From a virus (Duplodnaviria > Caudoviricetes): a DNA stretch of 64,000 nucleotides. Of the stretch, positions 1 to 9,586 are shown piece by piece. The stretch is taken from the IMG/VR virus record IMGVR_UViG_2775507243_000004, positions 19,053 through 83,052 of that record. One strand, given 5' to 3'. Each line of letters opens with the position of its first letter. Within the stretch, counting starts at the first letter, position 1. Position numbers and translations under genes: made by a program. Under the pieces are notes generated by a model. That model was not told the origin of the DNA. It saw only the letters and a program-made list of their open reading frames with translations, and did not search any database.

Positions 1-46
1 AACAGAATCGCCCATGATGGCTCGGTCAATTCAAACCGAGGAAACC

Positions 47-1219
47 ATGAGCGATCAATTCCACCATGGTGTGCGCGTCATCGAGATTAACGAGGGTACG
101 CGCACCATTCAAACTATTAGCACCGCTGTCATTGGCTTGGTCTGCACGGCCCCCGATGCAGACGCAAAATTCTTCCCACTCAATCAGCCGGTGCTGATCA
201 CCAGCGTTCAAAAAGCTATTGGCAAAGCAGGCACTAAGGGAACGATGCTGCGCACGCTGAATGCCATCGCTAAACAAACTAATCCCATCATCGTGATGGT
301 GCGCGTCGAACAAGGCGCGGACGAAAAAGAAACCGAAAAGAACATCATCGGTGGCACCGATGAAACAGGCCGCTTCACCGGCCTTAAAGCCTTGCTCGCG
401 GCCAATAGCATCGTGCATGTAAAACCGCGCATTCTAGGCGTGCCAGGCTACGACACTTTGCTGGTCGCCAACGAGCTGGCAACCATTTGCCAGAAGCTAC
501 GCGCCTTTGCCTACATCAGCGCACGCGGCTGCAATAGCGTGGAAGAAGCGCTGGAGTATCGCGCCAACTTCGGCCAACGTGAGCTGATGCTGATCTGGCC
601 AGACTTTAAAAACCCGAACTGGTCGGGGCTGGATGATGAAGGCCTCGACTTAGCCGTCGCCTACGCCATCGGCTTACGCGCCAAGCTGGATAAGGACGTG
701 GGCTGGCATAAGACGCTTTCTAATGTGGTGATTAATGGCGTGACCGGCTTAAGCCAAGATGTGTTTTGGGATCTGCAAGACCCCGACACCGACGCGGGCC
801 TGCTCAATGGCAAAGATATCACCACCATCGTACGTGCCAAGGGCTTTGTGTTCTGGGGCAATCACACCCTTTCTGCTGATCCGCTGTTTCAATTTGAGAA
901 CTACACCCGCAGCGCCCAAGTCATCGCCGACACCATGGGCGAGGCGCATATGTGGGCTATCGATCAGCCGATGACGCCGAGCTTAGCCAAAGATATTTTA
1001 GAAGGGATTAATGCAAAGGGCCGCGCGTGGGTTTCAGCCGGTTACTTGATGGGCTTTAACGCTTGGCTGGATATCGAGGCCAACGGGAAAGAAGATCTGA
1101 AGGCGGGCAAGCTCACCATCGATTACGACTACACCCCCGTCCCGCCGCTGGAAAACCTAGAGCTGCGCCAGCGTATTACCGATAAATACCTAATGGAATT
1201 TGGCGCAAGCGTCGGCTAA
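47..1219 (+). CDS. Phage tail sheath protein (P2 gpFI-like)
   Basis: FHHGVRVIE N-terminus, KPRILGVPG, FWGNHT and DYDYTPVPPLENL motifs; ATG at 47 follows a GAGGA RBS. Confidence 0.95.
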   Translation: MSDQFHHGVRVIEINEGTRTIQTISTAVIGLVCTAPDADAKFFPLNQPVLITSVQKAIGKAGTKGTMLRTLNAIAKQTNPIIVMVRVEQGADEKETEKNIIGGTDETGRFTGLKALLAANSIVHVKPRILGVPGYDTLLVANELATICQKLRAFAYISARGCNSVEEALEYRANFGQRELMLIWPDFKNPNWSGLDDEGLDLAVAYAIGLRAKLDKDVGWHKTLSNVVINGVTGLSQDVFWDLQDPDTDAGLLNGKDITTIVRAKGFVFWGNHTLSADPLFQFENYTRSAQVIADTMGEAHMWAIDQPMTPSLAKDILEGINAKGRAWVSAGYLMGFNAWLDIEANGKEDLKAGKLTIDYDYTPVPPLENLELRQRITDKYLMEFGASVG

Positions 1220-1234
1220 TCAAGGGGAATCAAT

Positions 1235-1744
1235 ATGGCATTACCAAGCAAGCTCAAAGGCTTCAACGTCTTTATGGACGGGATTAATTTTGTGGGCAAA
1301 GTAAGCGAAGTCACCTTACCCAAGCTCAGCCGCAAAATGGAAGAGTATCGGGGCGGAGGCATGGGTGGCACGGTCGATATCGATCTGGGCCTTGAGAAGC
1401 TCGAAATGTCGGCCACCTACGGCGGCTTTATGCGCGAGATTTTTACGACGTTTGGCGCGGCCACACACGACGCCGTGCTGATTCGCTTTGCCGGTGGCTA
1501 TCAGCGGGAAGACTCAGAAGAAGTCGACGCAATCGAAGTCATCATGCGCGGTCGTCACAAAGAAATCGATATGGGCAGCGCCAAGCCTGGCGAAGATACC
1601 GAGTTCAAAGTATCTAGCTCACTTAGCTATTACAAGCTAACCCTTAACGGCAAAACGCAAGCTGAAATCGACACCGTAAACATGATCGAAATCATCGACG
1701 GCGTAGACCGCCTTGCCAAAATGCGCAGCGCCATTGGCCTGTAA
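1235..1744 (+). CDS. Phage major tail tube protein (P2 gpFII-like)
   Basis: MALPSKLK, EEYRGGGM and SYYKL motifs; follows sheath. Confidence 0.95.
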   Translation: MALPSKLKGFNVFMDGINFVGKVSEVTLPKLSRKMEEYRGGGMGGTVDIDLGLEKLEMSATYGGFMREIFTTFGAATHDAVLIRFAGGYQREDSEEVDAIEVIMRGRHKEIDMGSAKPGEDTEFKVSSSLSYYKLTLNGKTQAEIDTVNMIEIIDGVDRLAKMRSAIGL

Positions 1745-1762
1745 TTAAAAGGATTTAAAAAA

Positions 1763-2056
1763 ATGACTCACCCAAACACCGTAGAACTCGATACCCCACT
1801 GATTCGCGGCGATCAAACGATTAGTAACATTACCCTAATCAAACCCAAAAGCGGCGCATTGCGTGGCGTGAAGCTGGGCGACTTGCTGCAGATGGATGTG
1901 GAAGCCATCACCAAGGTATTGCCGCGTATTTCAGACCCTACGCTCACCGAGCAGGATGTCCGCAATTTAGACCCTGCCGACCTGCTGCAATTGGCAGGGA
2001 TTACCGCCGGTTTTTTATTGCCGAAGGACGCCAAGGTGGACTACCCGCAAGCGTAA
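1763..2056 (+). CDS. Tail assembly chaperone (P2 gpE-like)
   Basis: LDTPLIRG, KPKSGALRGV and LPRIS motifs; position between tube and tape measure. Confidence 0.9.
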   Translation: MTHPNTVELDTPLIRGDQTISNITLIKPKSGALRGVKLGDLLQMDVEAITKVLPRISDPTLTEQDVRNLDPADLLQLAGITAGFLLPKDAKVDYPQA

Positions 2057-2181
2057 ATTCAGCCATGGCCGATATCGCCATGGTATTTCATTGGCCCCCG
2101 GAGGCGATGGACAACATGACGGTATCGGAGTTGATGGAATGGCGCGAAGAAGCGCGCAAACGACACAACCCAGAAAAATAA
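2011..2181 (+). CDS. gpE' extension reached by -1 frameshift (MADIAMVFHWPP...WREEA)
   Basis: T-TTT-TTA slippery run at 2011-2017; the -1 frame is open from there to TAA at 2179-2181; peptide resembles P2 gpE'. Confidence 0.85.
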   Translation, partial: FFIAEGRQGGLPASVNSAMADIAMVFHWPPEAMDNMTVSELMEWREEARKRHNPEK

Positions 2182-2184
2182 TAA

Positions 2185-2898
2185 ATGATAAATAAACTCC
2201 ATCGCGGCGACAGCCTGCCCTTTTTAGAATCCCTCCCCGCCGCTCTGGTCGATGCGCTGATTACTGACCCGCCTTATGCCTCGGGCGGCTTACATATCGG
2301 CTCTAAAAGCCGCAGCACCTCTGATAAATATCAGAACGGCGGCACCGCTCGCAAATACCCCGAATTCACCGGCGATCACCGCGACCAACGCGCCCACCTG
2401 CGCTGGATGACGCTCTGGCTGTCTGAGTGCCTGCGCGTCATGAAAGACGGCGCGCCCATTTGCCTCTTTACCGACTGGCGACAATTGCCGCTGACCACCG
2501 ACGCCTTGCAAGTCGCGGGCTTTACTTGGCGCGGCATTGCCGTCTGGGACAAGGGCGAAGGCGTGCGGCCTCAGATGGGGCGCTTTAGAAATCAGGCGGA
2601 ATACATTGTGTGGGGCAGCAAAGGCCATATGCCAAACGAGCGTGATGTCGGCGTATTGCGCGGTGTTTACAAGGAAGTGGTCAAGCAAAAAGACAAGTTC
2701 CATGTCACCGGCAAGCCGACCGACTTAATGCGCGACCTCATCAAGATCTGCGAGCCTGGCGGTTTAATTCTTGATCCTTTCGCCGGATCAGGCTCCACCC
2801 TGCTTGCCGCTGAATTGGAAGGCTACGACTGGCTGGGCTGTGAGTTAAGCGAGGAATACAAAAATATTGCCTTAGAACGATTGGCACAGGAGCACTAA
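2185..2898 (+). CDS. N6/N4 DNA methyltransferase (beta-class motif order)
   Basis: TDPPY catalytic motif near N-terminus, HxTxKP, and LDPFAGSGST SAM-binding motif near C-terminus. Confidence 0.92.
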   Translation: MINKLHRGDSLPFLESLPAALVDALITDPPYASGGLHIGSKSRSTSDKYQNGGTARKYPEFTGDHRDQRAHLRWMTLWLSECLRVMKDGAPICLFTDWRQLPLTTDALQVAGFTWRGIAVWDKGEGVRPQMGRFRNQAEYIVWGSKGHMPNERDVGVLRGVYKEVVKQKDKFHVTGKPTDLMRDLIKICEPGGLILDPFAGSGSTLLAAELEGYDWLGCELSEEYKNIALERLAQEH

Positions 2899-5486
2899 TG
2901 AGCGCGGCGCGAAATTTACGACTAGAAGTGGTTTTAAAAGCGATAGATAAATTCACCGCGCCGTTTAAAGGGGTACTGAATCAAAGCAAGGCGGTATCAA
3001 AGCAAGTCAGCGCACTTAAAAACAAGATGAAAGACTTGGATAAAACCCAAGGCCATATCGATTCATTTAAAAAGCTCAGCCGAGATACCGCTCAATCTTC
3101 TCTGCAAATGAAAGCGGCACAGGAACGCGCCAGCGCACTAGGTAGAAGCCTAGCCGCCACCGCCAACCCCACTAAAAAAATGAGCGCGGAATTTAACCGC
3201 GCTAAAAAAGAAGCCGCAGAATTAGCGGCAAGGCACACTCAGCTTGTCAGCCGACAACAAAGCCTGCGCACGTCCTTAAATGCGGCGGGCGTCTCTACGC
3301 GTAATCTGTCCCAGCATCAGCGCGAACTCAGGCAAAACGCCGCCAGCACAACCGCTGCTCTGCAAAGAGAACAACAGCAGCTGGAACGCTTAGGCCGACA
3401 GATGCAGCGCCAACACGCGGCCAGAGCAACTTACGACCGAAGCATGAACGCCAGAAACAATCTGGCGGGAGCCGGTGCCGGTATGGCGATTGCGGGCGGC
3501 GGTGCGCTGTATGCGGCCAAGCGTGTGATGGCTCCAGGCTTAGACTTTGATGCGGAAATGTCCAGCGTACAGGCGCTCACCCGACTGGATAAAAACGGCC
3601 CCCAGCTCGCGGCCTTACGCAAACAGGCGCGAGAATTAGGCGCGGCCACCAGCTTTACCGCCAACGAAGCCGCACAGGGGCAAGGCTTTTTAGCGATGGC
3701 GGGCTTTGATCCGACCGCGATTCAAAAGGCCATGCCTGGCGTACTTGATTTAGCCAAGGCCGGACGGGTAGAACTGCCCGCCGCTGCCGATATGGCCTCT
3801 AATATTCTGACCGGCTTTAAGCTGAACGCTGAACAGATGGGCCGCGCGGGCGATGTACTGGTCGGCACTTTCACCCGCTCGAATGTCGATTTAAGAATGC
3901 TGGCCGAGTCGATGAAGTACGCCGCGCCGGTCGCTGCCAGTCTGGGCGTAGATCTGGAAACCGCCGCCGCGATGACCGGTAAGCTAGGTGACGCGGGGAT
4001 TCAAGCTAGTATGGGCGGCACGGCCTTACGCGCCATTATGTCCCGCCTAGCGGCTCCTCCCAAAATGGCCGCAGAAGCCATCAAAGAACTCGCCCTACAG
4101 ACCAAAGATGCAAAGGGCAATCTGCGCGACCTGCCGACGATCCTTGCTGAGCTGGAAGCCAAAACCAAAAACATGGGGAACGCCCAGCGGGCGGGATACT
4201 TTAAGCATATTGCGGGCGAAGAAGCTTTTAGTGCCTTGAGCGTGCTCACTGCACAAGCTGGTAGCGGCAAGCTGCAAGAACTAATTGCCACCCTCAGACA
4301 ATCCGCCGGTGAAGCCAGCGCCAATGCAAAGACCATGAGCGACAACGCGGCGGGCGATATCAAGACGCTGCAATCGGCTTGGGAAGATGTGGGCATTGAA
4401 ATGTTTGAAGGGAGCAATAGCCCTTTGCGCGAGCTGCTGCAAAATATCACCGACGTCATCCGAAAAGGGGGCGAATGGATGAAGGCCAACCCTCAACTCG
4501 CTGCCACCCTTGTCAAAGTCAGCGTATCGGCTGCCGCCATCGTGGCGATATTGGGCGGCTTAGCGCTATCCGCAGCGGCGCTATTAGGCCCGTTTGCCAT
4601 GATTAAATTTGCTTTAACGACGCTTAATATTCAAATAGGCATCGGCTCAGTCTTAGCCAGAGCGGCCACATGGAGCTATGGCCTGTTGACCGGCGCTCTA
4701 AGCATGGCCGGTAATGCCGCATTATTTATGGGCCGCGCCCTGCTGATGAATCCTATCGGCCTATTAGTCACGGGCATCGCCATTGCAGCCCTGTTGATTT
4801 ACAAATATTGGGAACCCATTAAGGCTTTCTTTAGCGGCCTATGGGATCAGATCAAAGCCGCCTTTCATGGTGGCATTGCAGGTATCGGCGCATTAATCCT
4901 GAATTGGTCGCCACTAGGTTTGTTTTACAGCGCCTTTGCAAAAGTCTTCAGCTGGTTTGGCCTGGAACTCCCCGCCACATTTACTGGCTATGGCCAGATG
5001 ATGGTCGACGGCTTATGGCAAGGGATCGCGGGCAAGTGGGACTGGTTAAAAGGGAAGTTTTACGAGCTGGCCAAAATGCTGCCCGAGCCGGTACAAAAGG
5101 CGCTCGATATCCACTCGCCCTCCCGCGTGTTTGCCCAGATCGGGCGGCATACCGTCGCGGGCTTGGATCAAGGTTTAAGCGATAGCCAGCAAGCGCCACT
5201 CGATACCATTAAAAACATGGCCCGCAAAATGGCGACCGCTGCCGGTGGCCTGATGATTGGCGGCACCAGCTTGGGGGCTATGGCCGACGTCAAGCTGGAT
5301 CAGCGCCCGCCCATGTATGCGCAAAGCAACTACGGCCAAAGCCCAGCGCCATCGATCCAGATCACGATCAACGCAGCGCCAGGGATGAACGAACAAACAC
5401 TGGCCCAGCTGGTCGCGCAAGAAATCGCCAAGGCCGAACGCCAGAAGCAGGTGCGTAGCCGATCACGCTTAGGAGATAGCGACTGA
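2898..5486 (+). CDS. Tail tape measure protein (P2 gpT-like)
   Basis: 862 aa Ala-rich coiled coil with FDAEMSSVQA...GFLAMAGF core and NWSPLGLF motif. Confidence 0.93.
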   Translation: MSAARNLRLEVVLKAIDKFTAPFKGVLNQSKAVSKQVSALKNKMKDLDKTQGHIDSFKKLSRDTAQSSLQMKAAQERASALGRSLAATANPTKKMSAEFNRAKKEAAELAARHTQLVSRQQSLRTSLNAAGVSTRNLSQHQRELRQNAASTTAALQREQQQLERLGRQMQRQHAARATYDRSMNARNNLAGAGAGMAIAGGGALYAAKRVMAPGLDFDAEMSSVQALTRLDKNGPQLAALRKQARELGAATSFTANEAAQGQGFLAMAGFDPTAIQKAMPGVLDLAKAGRVELPAAADMASNILTGFKLNAEQMGRAGDVLVGTFTRSNVDLRMLAESMKYAAPVAASLGVDLETAAAMTGKLGDAGIQASMGGTALRAIMSRLAAPPKMAAEAIKELALQTKDAKGNLRDLPTILAELEAKTKNMGNAQRAGYFKHIAGEEAFSALSVLTAQAGSGKLQELIATLRQSAGEASANAKTMSDNAAGDIKTLQSAWEDVGIEMFEGSNSPLRELLQNITDVIRKGGEWMKANPQLAATLVKVSVSAAAIVAILGGLALSAAALLGPFAMIKFALTTLNIQIGIGSVLARAATWSYGLLTGALSMAGNAALFMGRALLMNPIGLLVTGIAIAALLIYKYWEPIKAFFSGLWDQIKAAFHGGIAGIGALILNWSPLGLFYSAFAKVFSWFGLELPATFTGYGQMMVDGLWQGIAGKWDWLKGKFYELAKMLPEPVQKALDIHSPSRVFAQIGRHTVAGLDQGLSDSQQAPLDTIKNMARKMATAAGGLMIGGTSLGAMADVKLDQRPPMYAQSNYGQSPAPSIQITINAAPGMNEQTLAQLVAQEIAKAERQKQVRSRSRLGDSD

Positions 5487-5896
5487 TGATGATGGTTTTA
5501 GGCATGTTTGTATTTGAGCTATCCAGTGCACCTTACCAAACATTGGAGCAGTCCAAATCATGGCGGCACGCCAGCCAAACACGAATCGGCATCGGCCCCG
5601 CTAATCAGTTTTTAGGGCCAGATGCGGAAACCATCGCACTGAGTGGCGTGTTGTATGAAGAACTAAACGCGGGCGAGGTTTCTTTGTTGGCGCTGGACGA
5701 TATGGCCGACACAGGGGAAAAATATTTTTTAATTGAAGGCACCGGCTGGATTTATGGCGAATACGTCATCGAATCGATTAAAACCACCCGCACCTTGTTT
5801 TACAAAAACGGCTCAGCCCGCAAGATTGAATTTAACTTAAGCCTGAAGCGGATCACATCCGACCCTCTCGAAGCCATCATGGGCCTATTGCAATGA
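5486..5896 (+). CDS. Tail protein (P2 gpU-like)
   Basis: MMVLGMFVF, QFLGP, LIEGTG and RKIEFNLSLKR motifs. Confidence 0.92.
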   Translation: MMMVLGMFVFELSSAPYQTLEQSKSWRHASQTRIGIGPANQFLGPDAETIALSGVLYEELNAGEVSLLALDDMADTGEKYFLIEGTGWIYGEYVIESIKTTRTLFYKNGSARKIEFNLSLKRITSDPLEAIMGLLQ

Positions 5897-6948
5897 ATGA
5901 AGGCCATAAATCCCCGCGCTTTAAAATTTTAGTGGGCAGCAAGGATATTTCTAAGCTGGTCAACGATAGGCTGGTATCGGTTGGCCTGACAGACAATCGC
6001 GGCTTTGAAGCGGATCAGCTCGATATTACGCTGGACGATAGCGACGGCCTGCTAGAGATTCCGCCACGCGGTGCCGTGGTCAGTGTGTCGCTGGGCTGGT
6101 CTGATAGTGGCTTAGTCGATAAGGGCCAATATACGGTGGATGAAGTCGAACACAGCGGCGCACCGGATCAGCTCACCATCCGCGCCCGCAGTGCCGATTT
6201 ACGCGCGGGCTTGTCGGTTAAGAAAGAACGCTCCTGGCATCAAACCACCGTGGGCGCGATTGTTGAAACCATCGCCAAACAAAACAAGATCCAGCACCGG
6301 ATCGGGCAAGGCTTAGCCGGGCAAGCCATCAATCACATCGACCAAACCAGCGAAAGCGACGCCAGCTTTTTAAGCCGTATCGCTAAAATGTTTGATGCGA
6401 TTGCCACGGTAAAAGATAACAGCCTGCTGTTTATGAAAGCAGGCCAGGCCACCACGGCCAGCGGCAAGCCCTTGGGTAAAGTGCTGATTACGCGCCAATC
6501 AGGGGATAGTCATAGATTCGGTATTGCAGACCGGGGCGCATATAGCGGCGTGAAAGCCGCATGGCAAAACACCAAAACGGCCAAGAAAGAAACCACTACG
6601 GTAAAACGTAAGCCCAGAAAAAAAGCAGGCCCCGGGCAAGGTGAAGTCATCCAGGGCGCGGACGATAATGTCAAAACCCTAAGACACGTTTACGCCAGCA
6701 AAACCAACGCCGAACGGGCCGCAAAAGCAGAATGGGAAAAACTGCAGCGCGGCGTGGCTCAGTTCTCAATCTCCCTCGCCTATGGCCGCCCCGAACTCTT
6801 CCCCGAGCTACCCGCCAGCGTTTCAGGCTTTAAGCCCATTATCGATAAGCAAGACTGGATCATCAGCCGCGCCACGCATAGCCTGACAGATAGCGGCTAC
6901 ACCACGGCTTTGGAGCTGGAAGTAAAGGCTAGTGAGGTAGACGGGTAA
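5893..6948 (+). CDS. Late control / tail protein D (P2 gpD-like)
   Basis: TDNRGFEADQLDI, VDEVEHSGAPD and DQTSESDASFL motifs. Confidence 0.93.
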   Translation: MNEGHKSPRFKILVGSKDISKLVNDRLVSVGLTDNRGFEADQLDITLDDSDGLLEIPPRGAVVSVSLGWSDSGLVDKGQYTVDEVEHSGAPDQLTIRARSADLRAGLSVKKERSWHQTTVGAIVETIAKQNKIQHRIGQGLAGQAINHIDQTSESDASFLSRIAKMFDAIATVKDNSLLFMKAGQATTASGKPLGKVLITRQSGDSHRFGIADRGAYSGVKAAWQNTKTAKKETTTVKRKPRKKAGPGQGEVIQGADDNVKTLRHVYASKTNAERAAKAEWEKLQRGVAQFSISLAYGRPELFPELPASVSGFKPIIDKQDWIISRATHSLTDSGYTTALELEVKASEVDG

Positions 6949-6977
6949 AAACCAAGCTGGAACATAAGCCGAACATG

Positions 6978-6995
6978 TGCTATATGTGTATAGCA
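6978..6995. promoter_or_regulatory. Inverted repeat TGCTATA-N4-TATAGCA, probable toxin-antitoxin autoregulatory operator
   Basis: Perfect 7-bp inverted repeat about 20 bp upstream of the RHH antitoxin start. Confidence 0.6.
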
Positions 6996-7015
6996 AACTC
7001 TAAAGGACGAAAGCG

Positions 7016-7240
7016 ATGTTAGCAATCAGACTACCTGCCGAGATAGAAAGTCGCTTAGATTTTTTAGCGAAGAGTACCGGCAGGACTAAAACATTTTACG
7101 CCAAAGAGGCCATTCTTCAGCATCTGGATGATTTAGAAGACCTCTATCTGGCCGAACAACGCTTAAGTGCCATCCACTCTGGGCAAAGTAAAACCTATAG
7201 TTTAGAAGAAGTGGAGCGCAACCTTGGCTTGGCTGATTAA
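7016..7240 (+). CDS. Type II antitoxin, RelB/StbD-like ribbon-helix-helix
   Basis: MLAIRLP...LA..TGRTKTFY RHH N-terminus and acidic C-terminus; overlaps the toxin gene. Confidence 0.85.
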   Translation: MLAIRLPAEIESRLDFLAKSTGRTKTFYAKEAILQHLDDLEDLYLAEQRLSAIHSGQSKTYSLEEVERNLGLAD

Positions 7241-7493
7241 ACTGGATGAAGAAGCTCAGAAAGATCTAGCCAAACTAGATAAACAAGTAGCACGACGAAT
7301 TACGGCTTTTTTACGGGAGCGGGTAGCAACGCTAGAAGATCCACGCAGCATTGGTGAAGCCTTAAAAGGCTCTAAGCTCGGTGAATTCTGGAAGTACCGC
7401 GTGGGTGATTACCGACTTATCAGCAGCATAGAAGATGGCGCATTGCGCATACTGGTTGTGAAAATAGGTAATCGACGTGAAGTGTACAAATAG
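7224..7493 (+). CDS. Type II toxin, RelE/StbE family
   Basis: KDLAKLD, G..LKG, WKYRVGDYRLI and IGNRREVY motifs. Confidence 0.9.
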   Translation: MAWLIKLDEEAQKDLAKLDKQVARRITAFLRERVATLEDPRSIGEALKGSKLGEFWKYRVGDYRLISSIEDGALRILVVKIGNRREVYK

Positions 7494-7507
7494 CTTTAAA
7501 TCGAGCC

Positions 7508-7536
7508 AAGCCCCTTTTAAACAAAGGGGCTTTTTT
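7508..7536 (+). terminator. Rho-independent terminator after relE-like gene
   Basis: AAGCCCCTTT...AAAGGGGCTT stem followed by T tract. Confidence 0.8.
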
Positions 7537-7547
7537 ATGCCTGTAAC

Positions 7548-7799
7548 CTACACCGCTGCACTCGCATTAGGTGTCTGCACAAACGAATTAACTGGCGAGT
7601 GCATCCCTGCACAGTTTTCTATTTGCCTTCGTGAAGGAAGGTAATCTATGCCTACAGTAAGTCCAAGCAAAAATGCCAATACTAAACACACCGTATTAAG
7701 TAGCCATTTTGAAGCGGAAATATGAAAGTGTGCATGTTTAATCTTAATATCCTTACATGCAGTCATACCCGTGGAACCTAAGAATGTTCGATCTTTCAT
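7548..7799 (-). CDS. Small hypothetical protein with one transmembrane segment
   Basis: 83-aa ORF with hydrophobic stretch LLNTVCLVLAFLLGLTVGI. Confidence 0.45.
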   Translation of the reverse strand: MKDRTFLGSTGMTACKDIKIKHAHFHISASKWLLNTVCLVLAFLLGLTVGIDYLPSRRQIENCAGMHSPVNSFVQTPNASAAV

Positions 7800-7846
7800 T
7801 TTGAATTAGCCATAAAAAAACCCGCCACATTGCGGGTTCAATTAGC

Positions 7847-7884
7847 AAAAAAACAGCGTTCACAATATAAACGCTGTTTTTTTT
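7847..7884. terminator. Bidirectional terminator downstream of C repressor
   Basis: A7-CAGCGTT...AACGCTG-T tract hairpin. Confidence 0.7.
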
Positions 7885-7899
7885 AATGGCCGTTCACAT

Positions 7900-8301
7900 T
7901 CAAAATTTAAAAGTTTGATCACCATGAATGGTCAAATCACCCTCAATTACTTTGCCGACTCCCCCAACATATTTCTGCTGAACTACTACCTGCTTATCAA
8001 CGCCTGCATGGGCCATTGATAAAAGAGCAGTCCGCACCGACGGCGTCGCAGCACGTAAAGCAGAAATCATCTGTTGCTCTTCTGGAGACAAAAGACCTGC
8101 GGTACGTTCTCCCGTCACAATGTACTGAACATCCGCGCCTATATCAGAGAATGGTAATAGTACAGAAATGGGGGGATTAGTTTTATTTTTTTCGTAGCCA
8201 TAAAGAGAGTCAACTGAGATACCAAGCGCCTTTGCTGCTGCTTCTTGTGACAAACCAAGCCGCTTTCTTTCCTCTTTTAGGCGAGCAGAAACACCGACCA
8301 T
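7900..8301 (-). CDS. Prophage 1 immunity repressor (XRE helix-turn-helix, P2 C-like)
   Basis: RLKEERKRLGLSQ...YEKNKTNP...DVQYIVTGER; likely start 8301; divergent from early operon. Confidence 0.88.
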   Translation of the reverse strand: MVGVSARLKEERKRLGLSQEAAAKALGISVDSLYGYEKNKTNPPISVLLPFSDIGADVQYIVTGERTAGLLSPEEQQMISALRAATPSVRTALLSMAHAGVDKQVVVQQKYVGGVGKVIEGDLTIHGDQTFKF

Positions 8302-8315
8302 TCTCTGCTTTACGT

Positions 8316-8344
8316 TTGACAACCCCGAAGATGATACGGATAAT
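8316..8344 (+). promoter_or_regulatory. Early lytic promoter (Pe-like) TTGACA-N17-GATAAT
   Basis: Perfect -35, 17-bp spacer and 5/6 -10, upstream of the early operon. Confidence 0.7.
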
Positions 8345-8408
8345 CTATTCATAGATTCTAGCAAGTCTCTTAGTGTCACTCTAAACAGCCTTAATGGTAG
8401 CGCAAACA

Positions 8409-8675
8409 ATGGAAGAAAACGATTCAGGCGATCAAAGCATGCCTAGGGCACCACGCGGCATGCTCAGCCGCAGAGGGATAAATTTACGCCTCAAGGAAAT
8501 TGAACACCCTGTTGTGAGTGGCATCGCCAAGCAAGAATCAAGATCAGTCGCTTCTATGTGCCGGTTGCTCTTATTAGAGGGTTTGGCGTCTCGAGGTATA
8601 GAAGTCCCCGAGGAAGAACTAGAAAGCATCGAAGACGTAGCCTTAATCAGTACAGAACAAACGGTAATGGCTTAG
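8409..8675 (+). CDS. Putative RHH/Arc-like early regulator (Cox-position gene)
   Basis: INLRL...IAKQESRSVASMCRLLLLEGL RHH pattern; first gene of early operon. Confidence 0.6.
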   Translation: MEENDSGDQSMPRAPRGMLSRRGINLRLKEIEHPVVSGIAKQESRSVASMCRLLLLEGLASRGIEVPEEELESIEDVALISTEQTVMA

Positions 8676-8785
8676 TGCCTGCCTAAGTGCCCCTAAGAAA
8701 TATAAGCGTTTTACCCGACGAATGGTAGTCGTTTGTGGCTCTGCCTTTTGCTTTTGTAATTTTTGTTAGCTTTGGAGTAATCATC

Positions 8786-9043
8786 ATGGCCGTAGAAATT
8801 CGTTGTCCCGCTTGTGGCGGTAAAACATCTACACGCAATAGCATTCAATTGACTGCAAAGCTTAGAAGTGCAGAAATTGTGTGCCGAAACTGCAATAGAC
8901 CGAGCGATGTCATGATTGAAGTCACCAACAATTACAATGTAATAAAAGAAAAAAACCCACTCTTACACACCTACAAAATCGGCGACTGGCACAAAGAAAA
9001 AGCCGCTAATGACTCCGAAGAACAACTTCCCCTCGCGCTATAA
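8786..9043 (+). CDS. Ogr/Delta-like zinc-finger late activator
   Basis: CPACGG...TRNS...CRNC; GGAG RBS before ATG 8786. Confidence 0.75.
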   Translation: MAVEIRCPACGGKTSTRNSIQLTAKLRSAEIVCRNCNRPSDVMIEVTNNYNVIKEKNPLLHTYKIGDWHKEKAANDSEEQLPLAL

Positions 9044-9103
9044 CCCGAAGTAATTCCCCTTTTATCTAAGCCTTCCCGCGCCTGTTTAACAGCCGCAGGG
9101 GCT

Positions 9104-9586
9104 TTGTCACGTCTGGATAAAACAATGCCCGCTATTGCAGAGCAATTACCCCAGCCCTTTACGCCAAGAATCATCAATACATTGGAGCCTAAACGCTGCA
9201 ATGTAACGAAAATCAAAATGAGTCCGCGTGAATGTGCTGTCGCAATGGTCAGCGGCTATCCAGACATGCCCAAGAGTGAAAGCAAGCGAGAACGCCCCGC
9301 CTTTATCTATGCCGACGACGGCGAAGAAGTGCTCGCCACGCTCAAACCACAGCGCAAACCTTTGCCGGTATTGAATCAGGAAGAAAACCAAGAGCTGGCC
9401 GATTTATTAGCTTGGGCACAAAAAGCCGATACAGCGATCCATGCCCGCATGGCCCGCCTCAATCAGTTCGACTTGCCCCAAGAATCCGCCAAGCTCAAAC
9501 AGATGCGCGGCTTGCTGGGGTGCTTGATCGTAGAAGGTGAAACAACGCTACAAAACGCGTGGTATGCCAAGGCGACCGCGCAATGA
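9104..9586 (+). CDS. Hypothetical early protein
   Basis: ORF coupled by ATGA overlap to gpA; start uncertain. Confidence 0.6.
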   Translation: MSRLDKTMPAIAEQLPQPFTPRIINTLEPKRCNVTKIKMSPRECAVAMVSGYPDMPKSESKRERPAFIYADDGEEVLATLKPQRKPLPVLNQEENQELADLLAWAQKADTAIHARMARLNQFDLPQESAKLKQMRGLLGCLIVEGETTLQNAWYAKATAQ

